Positions 1 through 9,472 of a stretch of DNA of 64,000 bases are shown here, piece after piece; the first letter of the stretch is position 1, and the number at the start of each line of letters is the position of its first letter. The notes under the pieces are model-generated. The model saw nothing but the letters and a program-made list of their open reading frames with translations, did not search any database and was not told the DNA's origin. The stretch covers positions 71,347-135,346 of the forward strand of contig SVSS01000004.1 of the NCBI GenBank assembly GCA_015064185.1. Reading direction: 5' to 3'. The DNA is from Oscillospiraceae bacterium. GTDB taxonomy: Bacteria > Bacillota > Clostridia > Oscillospirales > CAG-272. A program made the position numbers and the translations under genes.

Positions 1-7
1 TTTGCAT
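1..7 (-). CDS. first codons of a CDS running off the left edge (next gene of the polysaccharide cluster)
   Basis: Minus-strand ATG at 7..5 with GGGAGG (17..22) 9 nt upstream, 30 nt after the EpsG-like stop. Only 7 nt are visible, so the product is unknown. Confidence 0.3.
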
Positions 8-37
8 ATCGGTAAACCTCCCTTTTTATACATATTT

Positions 38-1150
38 TTATTGCCAAAAGAAACGGTAGGGCAACGCATCGTACCACAGGGCGCTGCGCAAAAACAAAAT
101 GATCAAGAAATACGCAAGTGCGGCAAGCAGCACGGCGATCTCCTGCACGGGAAAGGCAATATGTCGCTTTTCCTCATGGAAATATGCGGCAGGAACTGCG
201 GCAGGCAGCCACAGCAGATACAGCACCTCAAAATAATTAAATATGCGCTGTAGCTGACCGAAGCCCGTCATCATGGCGGCAACCACAACACCTGCAAGCA
301 TCATCAGCGTTAAAAACGCGCGCTCATCAAGCTCCCCTTTCAGAGCCGCTACGTCACTCACACCTTTCGCAAAATAAAACCGATAAATGCCGTACGCCGT
401 TACGATAAGAAATACCGCAAAGAAGCAATAAAGCGCACCAAAGCTCGTGGGCTCGTACTCGGCATAACGAGGGACAAGCCGGGTGACAAGCTTGAGGATA
501 GGACGCACAAAAGCCATGCCAAGCAAGGCAAGCACACCCGTAACAGGCAAAAGCACCTTTAAGCTTTTTTTGTGGACAGGAATAAAGGTAAGTATTGGGC
601 AAAGCAAAAACAAAAGCGCGCTAACGTGAAAGCTTGCCGCAAGCAAAACGATCAATATATAACGCCAATAGCAGCGCCTTTTTAAAAACTCCCATGCAAA
701 AAGCAGTATCGCAATGGCAAGAGCCTGACGCATGATGTTGAGATAAAAGGGATACAGCATCATGGCAAGATACAGGTAAAACGCGAGATATATGTTTTTG
801 GCATGTCGATAAATAAAGAGCGATACCGAGCCGTTGATCAAAAGCGCGGTTATAACGATCAGCCACTGACCGTTTGCGGTAAAGCGTGAGATCACAAAGC
901 AAAGCACACGAAAGCCCGGCTCGACCCAAGAGGAAAACGCCAAGGTATCAAGAAATCCGCGCCCGTGAAGCTTTTGAAACACATCAAGAAAAAGCGAGGT
1001 GTCGCGCCCCACCTCGGGCGCGCGGCAAGCTGCAATAAAGGTCAGCAAAAGAAAGGAAACGCAAGCAAAAATGCGGCGGGAACGCAAGGTATCCCGCGGC
1101 AAAAGGAACCGCATCAGTGCCATTACGATTAAAACAGTTACATATATCAT
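38..1150 (-). CDS. EpsG-family polytopic membrane protein (putative polysaccharide polymerase)
   Basis: 370-aa ORF that is almost entirely hydrophobic helices. It has an EpsG/Wzy-like N-terminal GRDTSLFLDVF region and is adjacent to a GT1 glycosyltransferase. Confidence 0.6.
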   Translation of the reverse strand: MIYVTVLIVMALMRFLLPRDTLRSRRIFACVSFLLLTFIAACRAPEVGRDTSLFLDVFQKLHGRGFLDTLAFSSWVEPGFRVLCFVISRFTANGQWLIVITALLINGSVSLFIYRHAKNIYLAFYLYLAMMLYPFYLNIMRQALAIAILLFAWEFLKRRCYWRYILIVLLAASFHVSALLFLLCPILTFIPVHKKSLKVLLPVTGVLALLGMAFVRPILKLVTRLVPRYAEYEPTSFGALYCFFAVFLIVTAYGIYRFYFAKGVSDVAALKGELDERAFLTLMMLAGVVVAAMMTGFGQLQRIFNYFEVLYLLWLPAAVPAAYFHEEKRHIAFPVQEIAVLLAALAYFLIILFLRSALWYDALPYRFFWQ

Positions 1151-1172
1151 AGGTGCGCGCTCTCCTTCCCCT

Positions 1173-2261
1173 TTATGCTTTAGAACGGTAGAATTGATAA
1201 AGCTCTTCTACAATCTTATCAAGGAAGTAGCCTGCCTCCGCAACCCTTGCGGCATAGGCATCACGCGTTTGGCTTACAGGTGCCGCAAGCGCCTGCACCC
1301 AATCTGCGGTTTTATCAGTGCTCAAAAATGTGGTAATGCCGCAAACGTCACCCTCGCGGGTAACCGTATCCGCAACAACGGCAGGCAGTCCGCTTGCCTG
1401 TGCCTCAATGAGCGTAATCGGCAAGCCCTCAAAGCGCGAGGGCAAAATAAAGCGATCCATGGTGCTGTACAGTGCCTGCATATCGGTACGCACGCCAAGA
1501 AAACGCACCGCATGCAGCGGTAAAATTTTTTGGGCAAGTGTTTCGATGGAAGCGCGCAGATGCCCGTCGCCCACCAACAAAAGAACAGCGTTCGGATGCT
1601 TTTCAAAAAACGCCTTAAAAATAGCAAGCGCTGTGATATGATTTTTTTGGGGGCTAAAGCGCGCCACCATACCGATAACCGTTTGATCCTCACCAATGCC
1701 AAGCTCCGCGCGTGTGTGGCGACGCATTGCCTCACTGTAAGCAAAGCCTGCAACGTCAATTCCGTTTTTTATAATTTTGACCTGCCCTGCGGCAACAGCC
1801 CTATTACCAAAGGCTGTCTGTGCCGCAGCCGTGCCGCAAGCAAAATAATCGGTAGCAGCCCGCCTTGCCCACGCAAACGACAAGCTGTGTGCAAGACGCA
1901 AAAACAGATTTTTTTCCTTTCGTGCGGCATGCGAGTGCTGAATACGGCAGGGTACGCCTGCTTTTTTGGCAACCGAAAGCGGAATGGCTCCCCATTCTGT
2001 GGTGTGCACGTGCACTACATCGGGGCAATAGTTGCGAAAGAGTGAACGCAATGCCTTGCAATGCTTTAGGAGATGCTTGCGCGATGGAATAAGATGGATC
2101 GTTACGCCTTTTGCACGAAAGCGCTCCGCACATGCGGGAACAACGATCTCCTGCGCCACGATATGGAATTCAATATCCTGCGGCATATGAGAGATCCAAC
2201 GGTAGATCAATGTTTCCACACCACCGTTCTCAAAGCCCGATATCACATGAAATATGCGCAC
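1173..2261 (-). CDS. glycosyltransferase family 1 (GT-B fold, GT4-like)
   Basis: N-terminus VRIFHVISGFENGGVE and C-terminal PSRFEGLPITLIEAQASGLP (E-x7-E region). I prefer GTG at 2261 with AAAGGGG 8 nt upstream over the longer track start at 2315. Confidence 0.8.
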   Translation of the reverse strand: MRIFHVISGFENGGVETLIYRWISHMPQDIEFHIVAQEIVVPACAERFRAKGVTIHLIPSRKHLLKHCKALRSLFRNYCPDVVHVHTTEWGAIPLSVAKKAGVPCRIQHSHAARKEKNLFLRLAHSLSFAWARRAATDYFACGTAAAQTAFGNRAVAAGQVKIIKNGIDVAGFAYSEAMRRHTRAELGIGEDQTVIGMVARFSPQKNHITALAIFKAFFEKHPNAVLLLVGDGHLRASIETLAQKILPLHAVRFLGVRTDMQALYSTMDRFILPSRFEGLPITLIEAQASGLPAVVADTVTREGDVCGITTFLSTDKTADWVQALAAPVSQTRDAYAARVAEAGYFLDKIVEELYQFYRSKA

Positions 2262-2421
2262 GCATCTCACCCCTTTCTGTATAAACATTATACTACAACT
2301 TATCCGCAAATGCAATAGAAAAGAGGTTGATTCGTTTGCCGATAGGCAAAAAGCAGAAAAGATCCGCCTTCTTCCCTGCTATCACAACAAAGAAAGCGGA
2401 TCTTAATACGGGACACTGCCC

Positions 2422-3516
2422 TTATTTTTGTTCTTCACTCTCACAAGAAGCGAGATAAAACTCCTTATCCTCCTCGGGCATAACGGCAACAAATGCCATG
2501 ATGGCACATTCGATCATATCCTCATCCGGCTCGCGCACCGTAATGCGCTGCAGCCACATACCGGGAGCGGAAATGATACGGGTAAAGAGATTATCATAGC
2601 GCCCTGCAAGCTTTAACAACTCATAGCCAATGCCCATCATCACCGGGATCAGCAGGATCTTAACGGCGGCACGCACCACAGTGTTCAGCACACCCGTAAG
2701 GCTGCCGAATTGGGCGGGTACGAACAACCCGATCACGATACTGACAAGCAGCATCAAAATCAGGAAGGAAGTGCCGCAACGGGGGTGAAAACGCCGCTGT
2801 TTTTTCACATTTTGGACAGTGAGAGGCAAGCCGTTCTCGTAGCAAAAGATGGTTTTATGCTCTGCACCGTGATACATAAACGTGCGTCGGATATCCTTCA
2901 TGAGCGACACCAGCGCCATATAAAGCACCAAAATAAAAATCTTAAAAAGACCCTCAAATACCGAGCGCGTCAGACGGCTTGTGGCAAAGCTCTCGGGCAG
3001 CACATGATCAGCAAGCAATTGATACACAAAGGTAGGCAGCCAAAAGAAAAGCCCCAGCGCCATTGCCACTCCAAGCACGGTGGCTATGACCATGATAGCG
3101 GTCATGGTGGCTTTGCCAAATGCGCTTTTCGGCTCCTCGGCCTCCTGCGTGGTTGCCGTCACTGCCACATTCTGCTCGGTTTCCTGCACAGCTGCTTCCT
3201 GTTCAGATTCGGCATCGCATTGAACTTGCGTACCGTCCTCCTCGCAAAAGATCTCAGCAGAGCGCATTAAATACTTATACCCAATGCGCATGGAATCCAC
3301 AAATCCAAACACACCGCGAACAAACGGAAGCCGACAAATGCGCGGGCGTGCTTTTTTTTCATTCTGCTCTTCCTCAAAAAAGATCTTGCCGTTGGGGCGG
3401 CGCACCGCCATGGCGCTCTTTTCGGTGCCGCGCATCATAATGCCCTCCATCAGCGCTTGACCGCCGATAGAGGTCTTACGGCAAGTATCCTTTTTACAGG
3501 TTGCTTTTTCCTTCAT
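2422..3516 (-). CDS. DUF1385 family membrane protein
   Basis: GGQALMEGIMMRG and YHGAEHKTI motifs plus C-terminal TM helices. I chose ATG 3516 (MKEKATC) with GAAAGGTAG upstream because the track start 3537 lies inside the upstream terminator stem. Confidence 0.75.
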   Translation of the reverse strand: MKEKATCKKDTCRKTSIGGQALMEGIMMRGTEKSAMAVRRPNGKIFFEEEQNEKKARPRICRLPFVRGVFGFVDSMRIGYKYLMRSAEIFCEEDGTQVQCDAESEQEAAVQETEQNVAVTATTQEAEEPKSAFGKATMTAIMVIATVLGVAMALGLFFWLPTFVYQLLADHVLPESFATSRLTRSVFEGLFKIFILVLYMALVSLMKDIRRTFMYHGAEHKTIFCYENGLPLTVQNVKKQRRFHPRCGTSFLILMLLVSIVIGLFVPAQFGSLTGVLNTVVRAAVKILLIPVMMGIGYELLKLAGRYDNLFTRIISAPGMWLQRITVREPDEDMIECAIMAFVAVMPEEDKEFYLASCESEEQK

Positions 3517-3534
3517 ATTACTACCTTTCAAAAG

Positions 3535-3561
3535 CACGCGCCGTCTTATCGACGGCGCGTG
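3535..3561 (-). terminator. intrinsic terminator after the Prs-like gene
   Basis: CACGCGCCGTC / GACGGCGCGTG forms an 11-bp stem with a 5-nt loop, followed on the minus strand by CTTTTGAAA. Confidence 0.7.
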
Positions 3562-3571
3562 ACCTTAAAAT

Positions 3572-4723
3572 TTATTTTTTCTTGTTAAAGTCGATCTGCA
3601 TCTGACCGCCCTGTGCTTTTTTATGCTTCTCAACCAGCTTATGTATACGCTTAGCGGGATCGAGCAGGTTGCTAATGGTATCGTCATGATTGAGGGTATC
3701 AATAATATATGCAACATACTTGCACATATTTACCTCAACGTACCATTCCTTAGACAAAAGCTCGGGTGTACGGTACACAAGGTTGGTGGTAAAGATGCGG
3801 TCGATAAGTCCTTCCTTAAATGCCTGATCAAACTTATCAAACGCATCGGTAAACAAGCCAAACGTTGCAAAGTTAAAGATACGCTTTGCGCCCTTTGCCT
3901 TGAGCTGCTTGGCAACGTCAAGAAGCGACTCACCGGAAGAAATCATATCGTCAACAATGATCACATCCTTGCCCGTGAGATCCTTGCCGAGATACTCGTG
4001 CGCTTCAATGGGATTTCTGCCGTTTACGATACGAGAGTAATCACGGCGCTTGTAGAACATACCGATATCAAGCCCCAATACCGAGGAGAAGTACATGCAA
4101 CGACCCATTGCGCCCTCATCGGGAGAAATGATCATCAGATCTTCTTTATTAAGCGAAATATCAGGATACTGACGAACCAACGCCTTAATCATTTGGTAGG
4201 TAGGACGCACGTCGTCAAATCCGCTGAGGGGGATAGCATTTTGTACGCGAGGATCGTGTGCATCAAAGGTAATAATATTCTTAACACCCATGCCCACAAG
4301 CTCCTGCAGCATCAGTGCACAGTCAAGAGATTCGCGTGCCGAACGCTTATGCTGACGTCCCTCATAAAGCATGGGCATGATAACCGATACGCGGCGTGCC
4401 TTGCCCGCAATTGCAGCAATTACACGCTTTACATCCGCATAGTGATCATCGGGACTCATCGGAACCTCGCGACCGTACATCTTGTAGGTTACACCGTAAT
4501 TGAAGGGATCACAAATGATATACACATCATGCCCGCGCAAAGAATCGTGCAAAAGAGCTTTTCCCTCACCCGTGCCGAATCGGGGGCATTCTACATTTAC
4601 AACGAAGGACTCGTCGCCACCGTGCCGTCTCCATTCCTTGAGGTAATTGTCTACTTGGGTCACGAACGGCTCGCAGCCGCGCATTCCGATAACGCTTAAT
4701 TCTCCGTAAAGTGCTTCCTTCAT
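3572..4723 (-). CDS. ribose-phosphate diphosphokinase (PRPP synthetase) family protein, long divergent form
   Basis: PRPP-binding loop DVIIVDDMISSGESL, and a region VSVIMPMLYEGRQHKR in place of the canonical YxRQDR loop. At 383 aa it is longer than a classical Prs. A TTCAAA-17-TATAAT-like promoter lies at about 4770-4800. Confidence 0.7.
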   Translation of the reverse strand: MKEALYGELSVIGMRGCEPFVTQVDNYLKEWRRHGGDESFVVNVECPRFGTGEGKALLHDSLRGHDVYIICDPFNYGVTYKMYGREVPMSPDDHYADVKRVIAAIAGKARRVSVIMPMLYEGRQHKRSARESLDCALMLQELVGMGVKNIITFDAHDPRVQNAIPLSGFDDVRPTYQMIKALVRQYPDISLNKEDLMIISPDEGAMGRCMYFSSVLGLDIGMFYKRRDYSRIVNGRNPIEAHEYLGKDLTGKDVIIVDDMISSGESLLDVAKQLKAKGAKRIFNFATFGLFTDAFDKFDQAFKEGLIDRIFTTNLVYRTPELLSKEWYVEVNMCKYVAYIIDTLNHDDTISNLLDPAKRIHKLVEKHKKAQGGQMQIDFNKKK

Positions 4724-4898
4724 TGTAAATCCTCCGCGCCAAAATGAAATTGTACGGCAAATGTTTGCCTAATATAACAGTATTATAACATAAGTTTTTT
4801 ACTTTGAAAAGAGTTTTTGTAAAAAAAATAGAATTCGGTATTTTTTATTATTTTTCCACATTTACCGATGCTTGAAATTCGCGTTTTTTCACAAAAAA

Positions 4899-7289
4899 TC
4901 ATTTAAGTTCTACAACGGTTACACCACCATCGCCCTCACCGTATCTGCCGATGCGGAAGGATTTCACGCGCCGATCCTTTTTCAGGTAATTCCAAAGCGC
5001 CGCGCGCAAGGCGCCGGTACCCTTACCGTGCACCAGCCGTACGTTTTTAAAGCCGGCAATGATGGCGGTATCAAAATATTTATCGACCATAAACCAAGCC
5101 TCATCACCCGTATGGCCGCGCAGATCGATCTCATCGCGAAAATCACGTGAAATGCTGAGTTTAAAGTCACGTGCGGGGGTCTTTTTCTCACCGGGAGCGC
5201 CGATGCCGGGCTCGTTTTCAATAAGACGCAAATTTTCCACCTTAGAGCGCGTGCGAATGATGCCTGCTTGCACCTGCACGTTACCGCTTTTATCGGGATC
5301 ACAAAGCAGAACACCCTTTTTATCAATATCCACAAGGTATACCTCATCGCCCTTCTTGAGGGGGCGCGGCAGCTTGTATTCCTTATTGCTGCGCTCCTCC
5401 ACAGGGTTAAAGCGTGCCTCGTTCTCTCTCAAATGCGCACGTACTGCACGGCGCGTTTTATCAAGCTGCTCGCCAAGGTCTTCCCTCTCTCTTGCACGGC
5501 GCACCTCCTCAAGCTGTGCAAAAATATACTCACTTGAGGCACGTGCACTTTCTACCAGCCCTACTGCCTTTGCCTGTGCTGCCTCAAGGGCTGTCGCAGC
5601 GCGTTTCTGAAGAAGCTCTGCTTCACGCTTAGCGCCCTCTCTTGTTGCCTCAAGCTCGGCACGCAAGCGCGCTACCTCTTCTCTGTCGCGATCGGCGGCA
5701 AGACGCGTGCTCTCCAGCGCTTCGATCACGCGCTCAAAGCGTCTGTTTTCTTCACTGATGCGGGACTTTGCATCCGCCACCACATCGGCGGGCAGCCCCA
5801 GCTTTTCGGAAATGGCAAACGCATTGGATTTGCCGGGTGCACCGATGATCAAGCGGTAGGTGGGGCGAAGCGTTGATACGTCAAATTCACAGGAAGCATT
5901 CTGCACGCCCTTGGTTTCAAGCGCAAACGCCTTAAGCTCGGCATAGTGCGTGGTGGCAACCGTCAATGCACCCACTCGCCGCACATGTGAAATAATAGAA
6001 ACCGCCAATGCCGCACCCTCGATAGGGTCTGTGCCGGCACCCAATTCATCAAAGAGCACCAAGGAATTTGAGGTTACGCTTTTGACAATAGACACGATAT
6101 GCACCATGTGTGAGGAGAAGGTAGAGAGCGATTGCTCAATACTCTGCTCATCGCCAAGGTCGACCAAAATACGGTCAAACAGACAAAGCTCCGACCCTTC
6201 ATCGGCGGGGATATGAAGCCCCGATTGTGCCATTAGCGCAAACAGCCCCATGGTTTTAAGCGTAACGGTCTTACCGCCCGTATTGGGGCCGGTAATCACG
6301 AGCGTATCCCACTCCCCACCAAGCGAAACGCCAACGGGAACTACGCGATCGGGGGCGATCAGCGGGTGGCGGGCACGCAGCAACCGCACGCATCTGGTAT
6401 CGGTGATGATCGGCTGTGTCGCTTGCATTTTTTCGGCAAGCTTGCCACAGGCAAACACAAACGCCAGCTCGGTGATATTGCGATAATTCAAGTTGATTGC
6501 CCCCGACATGGCAGCAACCGCTGCTGAGAGCTCAGCCAGCACACGCTCGATCTCGCGCTGCTCCTTCACCTCAAGCATGCGCAGCTCGTTGTTTGCATCT
6601 ACAACAGCCATAGGCTCGACAAAGATCGTTGCCCCTGACGAGGATGTGTCGTGGATCAGACCCTTGATCTCATTTTTGCTTTCCACACGCACAGGGATCA
6701 CGTATCTGCCGTTACGCATGGTCACGATGCTCTCCTGCAGGTGCTTGGCATAGGAGCCCGCGGTGATATAATGCTGCAGCGTTTCCTTAATACGGTTATT
6801 TGCAATACGGATCTTGCGCCGAATGTCTCCTAGCGCGGGGCTTGCCTCATCGGCGATCATATCCTCGGCAATAATGGCACGGTAGATCTTTTCCTCCAGC
6901 CGCTTGTCTGTGAGCAAGCGCTCAAAGATCTCATCAAGCACCGTTTCGAAATGGCGATTGGTGCGGCTGTAATCAAGAAGTCCGCGTGCCGTGCGCAGCA
7001 CGTTACCGATATCCAAAAGCTCGCGCGGCGAGAGCGTAGCGCCCTTAGCGGCGCGATCAAGCGCATCGGCGGTATCGATTACCATGCCAAAGGACGGCAT
7101 GCCCTTATCATCAAGCAAACGGCGTGCATCCTGCGTACGCACAAGGCGGCGCAACACAACCGTTTTATCGTCATCGGGCAAAAGCGCCAGCGCCATCTCC
7201 TTTGCACCTGCAGTTGGTGCAAGAGTGGCAAGCATTGACAGTATTTTATCGTATTCCAGTGTTCGTAATGTTTTTTGATCGATCTGCAT
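4899..7289 (-). CDS. mutS2: endonuclease MutS2 (MutS domain V ATPase plus C-terminal Smr)
   Basis: Walker A GPNTGGKT, DELGAGTDP, and a C-terminal Smr domain (DLRGHTGDEA...LVHGKGTGALR). 796 aa. Confidence 0.92.
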   Translation of the reverse strand: MQIDQKTLRTLEYDKILSMLATLAPTAGAKEMALALLPDDDKTVVLRRLVRTQDARRLLDDKGMPSFGMVIDTADALDRAAKGATLSPRELLDIGNVLRTARGLLDYSRTNRHFETVLDEIFERLLTDKRLEEKIYRAIIAEDMIADEASPALGDIRRKIRIANNRIKETLQHYITAGSYAKHLQESIVTMRNGRYVIPVRVESKNEIKGLIHDTSSSGATIFVEPMAVVDANNELRMLEVKEQREIERVLAELSAAVAAMSGAINLNYRNITELAFVFACGKLAEKMQATQPIITDTRCVRLLRARHPLIAPDRVVPVGVSLGGEWDTLVITGPNTGGKTVTLKTMGLFALMAQSGLHIPADEGSELCLFDRILVDLGDEQSIEQSLSTFSSHMVHIVSIVKSVTSNSLVLFDELGAGTDPIEGAALAVSIISHVRRVGALTVATTHYAELKAFALETKGVQNASCEFDVSTLRPTYRLIIGAPGKSNAFAISEKLGLPADVVADAKSRISEENRRFERVIEALESTRLAADRDREEVARLRAELEATREGAKREAELLQKRAATALEAAQAKAVGLVESARASSEYIFAQLEEVRRAREREDLGEQLDKTRRAVRAHLRENEARFNPVEERSNKEYKLPRPLKKGDEVYLVDIDKKGVLLCDPDKSGNVQVQAGIIRTRSKVENLRLIENEPGIGAPGEKKTPARDFKLSISRDFRDEIDLRGHTGDEAWFMVDKYFDTAIIAGFKNVRLVHGKGTGALRAALWNYLKKDRRVKSFRIGRYGEGDGGVTVVELK

Positions 7290-7295
7290 ACTTCC

Positions 7296-8114
7296 TCACG
7301 ATTTTATCATTTGCTTGCGAATGGCAAGTAAGCGTTTATAGTTTTCAAGCGTGGGAAATCCACGCTCCAAATGATGTAAAAGATATCCCTCTGCCGCACG
7401 CGCAAACAACTCCTCTGCACGCGCGCTTGTCAGGCGAAAGGAAAATACGCGCTTAGGGCTTGTCGTTGCGACAAAGCGCAGTGCCGCGACAGCTGAATCG
7501 CAAAGTGGCAAAAGGATGTGTCGCGCCCCTGTTTCATCGATCTCCGGTACAGGTACCAAGGCCGTTTCACGCGAGAGACATGCGGGGCAAATAAGCGCAC
7601 CGTTCATCACATCAAGATACATATCCTCACCCACGCCACAGCCACAGTGCGCGCAAGCATCAAGTGCGGGCGCAAAGCCGCCGATCACCGCCGCACGCAG
7701 CTCAAAGGCTGCCTTGATGCGGGCATCGTCATTCTTTGTAATCGAAAGCACGTGCATGGCATTCAGGCAAAGCGGCAAAATATCGCCCGCAGGCGACTTT
7801 TCATCGGAAAGCTCATACACTACATCGGCAAAATACGCCGCCAAAAACAGCTTTTCGCTATCGTATCTCACCCCGGGAAAGGTCTGCACAGCCGTCGCAC
7901 TCTTTACCCACTTAAAGCCGTTTTTTTCGTAAAACTCAAAGCTGCTCCAGGTATAGGGCTCGGTTGCCGCCACCTCTCGGTTTTTCATGGAGTGCCCACC
8001 CTTTAAAATGGCATAAAAGCGCCCTTCCTGAGGGGAGATGAGCGTAAGAAGCTTGTCGCTTGTGCCGCGCAACGTAACGCGCAGCACAAACGCATCGGTC
8101 GAAAGATTTTGCAA
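7296..8114 (-). CDS. recO: DNA repair protein RecO
   Basis: N-terminal OB-fold region (DAFVLRV...), a central Cys cluster CAHCGC...CPAC, and the position directly after era. Confidence 0.85.
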   Translation of the reverse strand: MQNLSTDAFVLRVTLRGTSDKLLTLISPQEGRFYAILKGGHSMKNREVAATEPYTWSSFEFYEKNGFKWVKSATAVQTFPGVRYDSEKLFLAAYFADVVYELSDEKSPAGDILPLCLNAMHVLSITKNDDARIKAAFELRAAVIGGFAPALDACAHCGCGVGEDMYLDVMNGALICPACLSRETALVPVPEIDETGARHILLPLCDSAVAALRFVATTSPKRVFSFRLTSARAEELFARAAEGYLLHHLERGFPTLENYKRLLAIRKQMIKS

Positions 8115-8117
8115 GGC

Positions 8118-9005
8118 TTATTTCTCCTCCCGATAGCCGAAATTACCCACTGCGACACGGCTATCACGCCAATTTTCCTTTACCTTTACCCACAGGTTGA
8201 GATAGACCTTAGTACCAAACAATTTTTCAAGGTCCTGACGGGCATAAGTGCCAACCATTTTAAGCTCAGCGCCGTTCTTGCCGACAATGATTCCCTTATG
8301 CGATGCCTTCTCGCAAAAGATCTCGGCACGAATGCGCACCAAATTGCCCTCATCCTTAAACTCCTCGATGACCACGGCTACACCGTGAGGCACTTCTTTG
8401 TTGAGGGTGCGCAGGAGCTTTTCGCGAATGATCTCAGCAGCGATCTGGCGCTCGGGCTGATCGGTGATCATATCGTCGGGGAAAAACCACTCGCTCTCGG
8501 CAAGCAATTTTTCACATTCATCAAGCACATCAAAGACCTGCTTGCCGTTTTTGGCACAAAGAGGCACCACAGCGGCAAAATCGTGCGCTGCCGCGTAACG
8601 CTTGATCGACTCGGCAATTTCAACAGCCGTATAAAGGTCGGTCTTGTTGAGCGCAAGCACCGCAGGGATACCGGACTGCTTCAAATAGCGTATTACATTT
8701 TCCTCAACTGCGGTAATTTCTCTGCCTGCATCGACCATTAAAACCACTGCGTCTGCTTCTTTCATAGAGGCATTGGCGGTTTCCACCATAAAATCGCCAA
8801 GGCTGTTTTGCGGCTTATGGATGCCGGGTGTATCAATAAACACAAACTGCGCCTCACCACGCGTTAAAATTCCGAGAATACGGTTTCTGGTGGTTTGCGG
8901 CTTGTTTGAAACAATGGCAATTTTCTCGCCAAGCAGGGCGTTGAGCAATGTTGATTTTCCAACGTTGGGGCGACCTACGATCGCGATGTATCCCGATTTT
9001 TTCAT
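8118..9005 (-). CDS. era: GTPase Era
   Basis: G1 GRPNVGKSTL, G3 DTPG, G4 NKTD, and a C-terminal KH domain. Its start overlaps the ybeY stop by 4 nt. Confidence 0.95.
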   Translation of the reverse strand: MKKSGYIAIVGRPNVGKSTLLNALLGEKIAIVSNKPQTTRNRILGILTRGEAQFVFIDTPGIHKPQNSLGDFMVETANASMKEADAVVLMVDAGREITAVEENVIRYLKQSGIPAVLALNKTDLYTAVEIAESIKRYAAAHDFAAVVPLCAKNGKQVFDVLDECEKLLAESEWFFPDDMITDQPERQIAAEIIREKLLRTLNKEVPHGVAVVIEEFKDEGNLVRIRAEIFCEKASHKGIIVGKNGAELKMVGTYARQDLEKLFGTKVYLNLWVKVKENWRDSRVAVGNFGYREEK

Positions 9006-9472
9006 TTGTCCTTCTCCTTTATCCCTAATCCCATTTTGGCAACGATCTTCGTTTGCCGCGCGCGCATGTCACGCTCATCCTCCTCGCTCGTTACATGATC
9101 GTACCCAAGCAGGTGCAGTGTGGAATGCACCGTTAAAAAGGCACATTCGCGCGCAAAACTGTGCCCAAACTCCTGTGCCTGTGCAGCACACCTTTCAAGT
9201 GAAAGCACAATATCGCCAAGCATTACCACACCGTCTACGCTTTCCTCAAAGAGCGGAAAGGAAAGCACGTCAGTCGGCGCATCGATATCCCGATGCGCAC
9301 GGTTGATCGCGCGGATACCTTCGTTGTCGGTAAAGGTGACCGAAACCTCAGCGCTTTTTTCTAAATTCTCAAATGCAAGCGTGGCACGCACGGCACGGCG
9401 CACAAGGCGGCGCAAGGCAAACCCCGTTTTATGCTTGTCCTGCACATTTTCAAAATAGATCTTTAATCTCAT
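9002..9472 (-). CDS. ybeY: rRNA maturation endoribonuclease YbeY
   Basis: Zinc motif HSTLHLLGYDH. 156 aa. Translationally coupled to phoH and era. Confidence 0.93.
   Translation of the reverse strand: MRLKIYFENVQDKHKTGFALRRLVRRAVRATLAFENLEKSAEVSVTFTDNEGIRAINRAHRDIDAPTDVLSFPLFEESVDGVVMLGDIVLSLERCAAQAQEFGHSFARECAFLTVHSTLHLLGYDHVTSEEDERDMRARQTKIVAKMGLGIKEKDK

Noticed and set aside
2-253. 83-aa + strand ORF at the left edge
   Set aside because: It is antisense to the EpsG-like gene and has no start context.
1642-1653. T7G5 homopolymer run inside the GT1 glycosyltransferase gene as a possible phase-variation switch
   Set aside because: Tracts of 7 and 5 nt are short for slipped-strand switching, the reading frame is intact, and similar A/T7-8 runs occur in several housekeeping genes here (for example 3352-3359).
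3623-4699. 358-aa + strand ORF antisense to the Prs-like gene
   Set aside because: It is the mirror frame of a clearly coding minus-strand gene, with no motifs and no start context.
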